From NCBI GenBank assembly GCA_963575745.1, contig CAUYUJ010000170.1, positions 186,001-250,000 on the forward strand: a DNA stretch of 64,000 nt. Direction: 5' to 3'. Of this stretch, positions 62,869 to 64,000 are shown piece after piece. This DNA comes from Prorocentrum cordatum. Lineage: Eukaryota. Numbering within the stretch: the first letter of the stretch is position 1; the number at the start of each line of letters is the position of its first letter. The notes beneath the pieces are model-generated. The model was not told the DNA's origin. It did not search any database and saw nothing but the letters and a program-made list of their open reading frames with translations. The translations under genes were made by a program, and so were the position numbers.

Positions 62869-63182
62869 CTGGGGAAACGAAGAGCAGCGATGCTGCTACA
62901 GACCTGTCCTGGGGCGCCCCCTGGGCAGGACTTCGATGCAACTCCAACCGTGGCGGCGACGGAAGAGCAACTGCACTCCACATCCTTCAAGAAGCAGCCC
63001 CCCGCGCCAACCTGTCCGGCGCCTCTTGCCCGCCCCCCCACGCGCCCCAAACCCACCCCCTCTGGCTCCGCAGCCTCCCCACGCCCCCCGAAGGACAGCG
63101 GTTTCCCACCCCCCCACGCGGTCCACTCCCCACGCTTATTGAGAGACCTGGAGTAGCAGTACTTTCCCCTCCTCTGAACGTC

Positions 63183-63299
63183 CAGCTCCAACAGCCCCCG
63201 CAACTCAGAGAAGGTCTGGGGCAGCTCGCGCAACTGGCGGCCGTTCAGGTCCAGCCGGCTGCGGCCCTTGAGCTCGGCGAGGTCGTCCACACCAGTGAC
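63183..63299 (-). CDS. Leucine-rich repeat protein, upstream exon
   Basis: VTGVDDLAELKGRSRLDLNGRQLRELPQTFSELRGLLEL; acceptor CTTCCAAG|G; joins in frame to DASHN via a GA donor. Confidence 0.8.
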
Positions 63300-64000
63300 C
63301 TTGGAAGAGCAGAAAGCTACATGTATAGTTAATGCATCTGTATCTCTATCTCTCTCTCTCTCTCTCTCCCTTTCTCCCTCTCTCTCTCTCTCGTTGTTTG
63401 TTTTGGTATCTCTCTCTCTCTCTCTCTCCTTTTCTCCCTCTCTCTATACACAACCTCGATGGACCCAAATATCGGGGCGATGGCGGAAAAAACGGGGGGG
63501 AGGTGGTGACGGTGATGCTCTCTTGTTCGGGTAGCAGTTCCGGGGGCCCTGGCTTGGCTCAAGGCCCCTGCCATTCCCAGGAACCTGATGCCCCAGGGTG
63601 GTGGGTAGGTTGTTCTGAAACAGCCGAGCGCATCAGCCCAAATGTCATCAGAGGTTGGGAGGTTGTAGAAGATACACTTACGTGTTGACAAACGGAGGCG
63701 TACCCTCGATGGACCGTAATACTGGTATGATAGCGGAAAACGGAAGGGGAGGAGGTGACGGTGATACACCCTTTTTCGGGTGGCGGTTCCGGGGGCCCTG
63801 GCCCAGGGCCCCTGCCACTCCCAGGGACTCGACGCCCTCCCTTGCGATGGGAGTGAGACGCCAACGAACGGAGGTGGGGACAGGATACGCGGAGGTGAAG
63901 GGGATGCCGGGGCCTCGCCCAGACTATGCGAGCGTCGGGACCCGCCCACCTCCTCACCTCGTCCCTTCTTCTCCTGTCCGCGGCATTGTCGCCGCATTCG

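Noticed and set aside
63554..63563. TTGGCTCAAG partial SL
   Set aside because: Only 10 nt, inside a local repeat whose second copy lacks it; consistent with chance.

Overview
GC-rich, repeat-dense eukaryotic DNA that is almost certainly dinoflagellate. It contains a perfect and a near-perfect reverse-complement copy of the 22-nt dinoflagellate spliced leader (DinoSL), and two introns that only work as GA-AG with an AG|G junction. Main contents: (1) a full-length but frameshifted Ty1/copia LTR retrotransposon (8827-17288, minus strand) with TG..CA LTRs, a 5-bp TSD and a tRNA-iMet-type PBS. It is inserted into a ~102-bp tandem satellite, carries an extra C5 DNA-methyltransferase-like domain between protease and integrase, and has a DinoSL-like 22-mer inside both LTRs. 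(2) A large, nearly intronless multi-pass membrane protein gene with Cys-rich repeats (21995-27029, minus) behind a relic SL. It is interrupted by a MITE that forms a precise introner-like GA-AG intron and by a (GGA)n tract flanked by a 10-bp duplication. (3) Two exons of an LRR gene near the right end. (4) Decayed non-LTR retrotransposon pieces. (5) At least eight families of ~140-230-bp, mostly palindromic MITE-like elements, plus many GGA/GAC/CAT microsatellites. Most ORFs in the supplied track are artefacts of GC-rich repeats. All domain calls come from reading motifs by eye, not from database searches.
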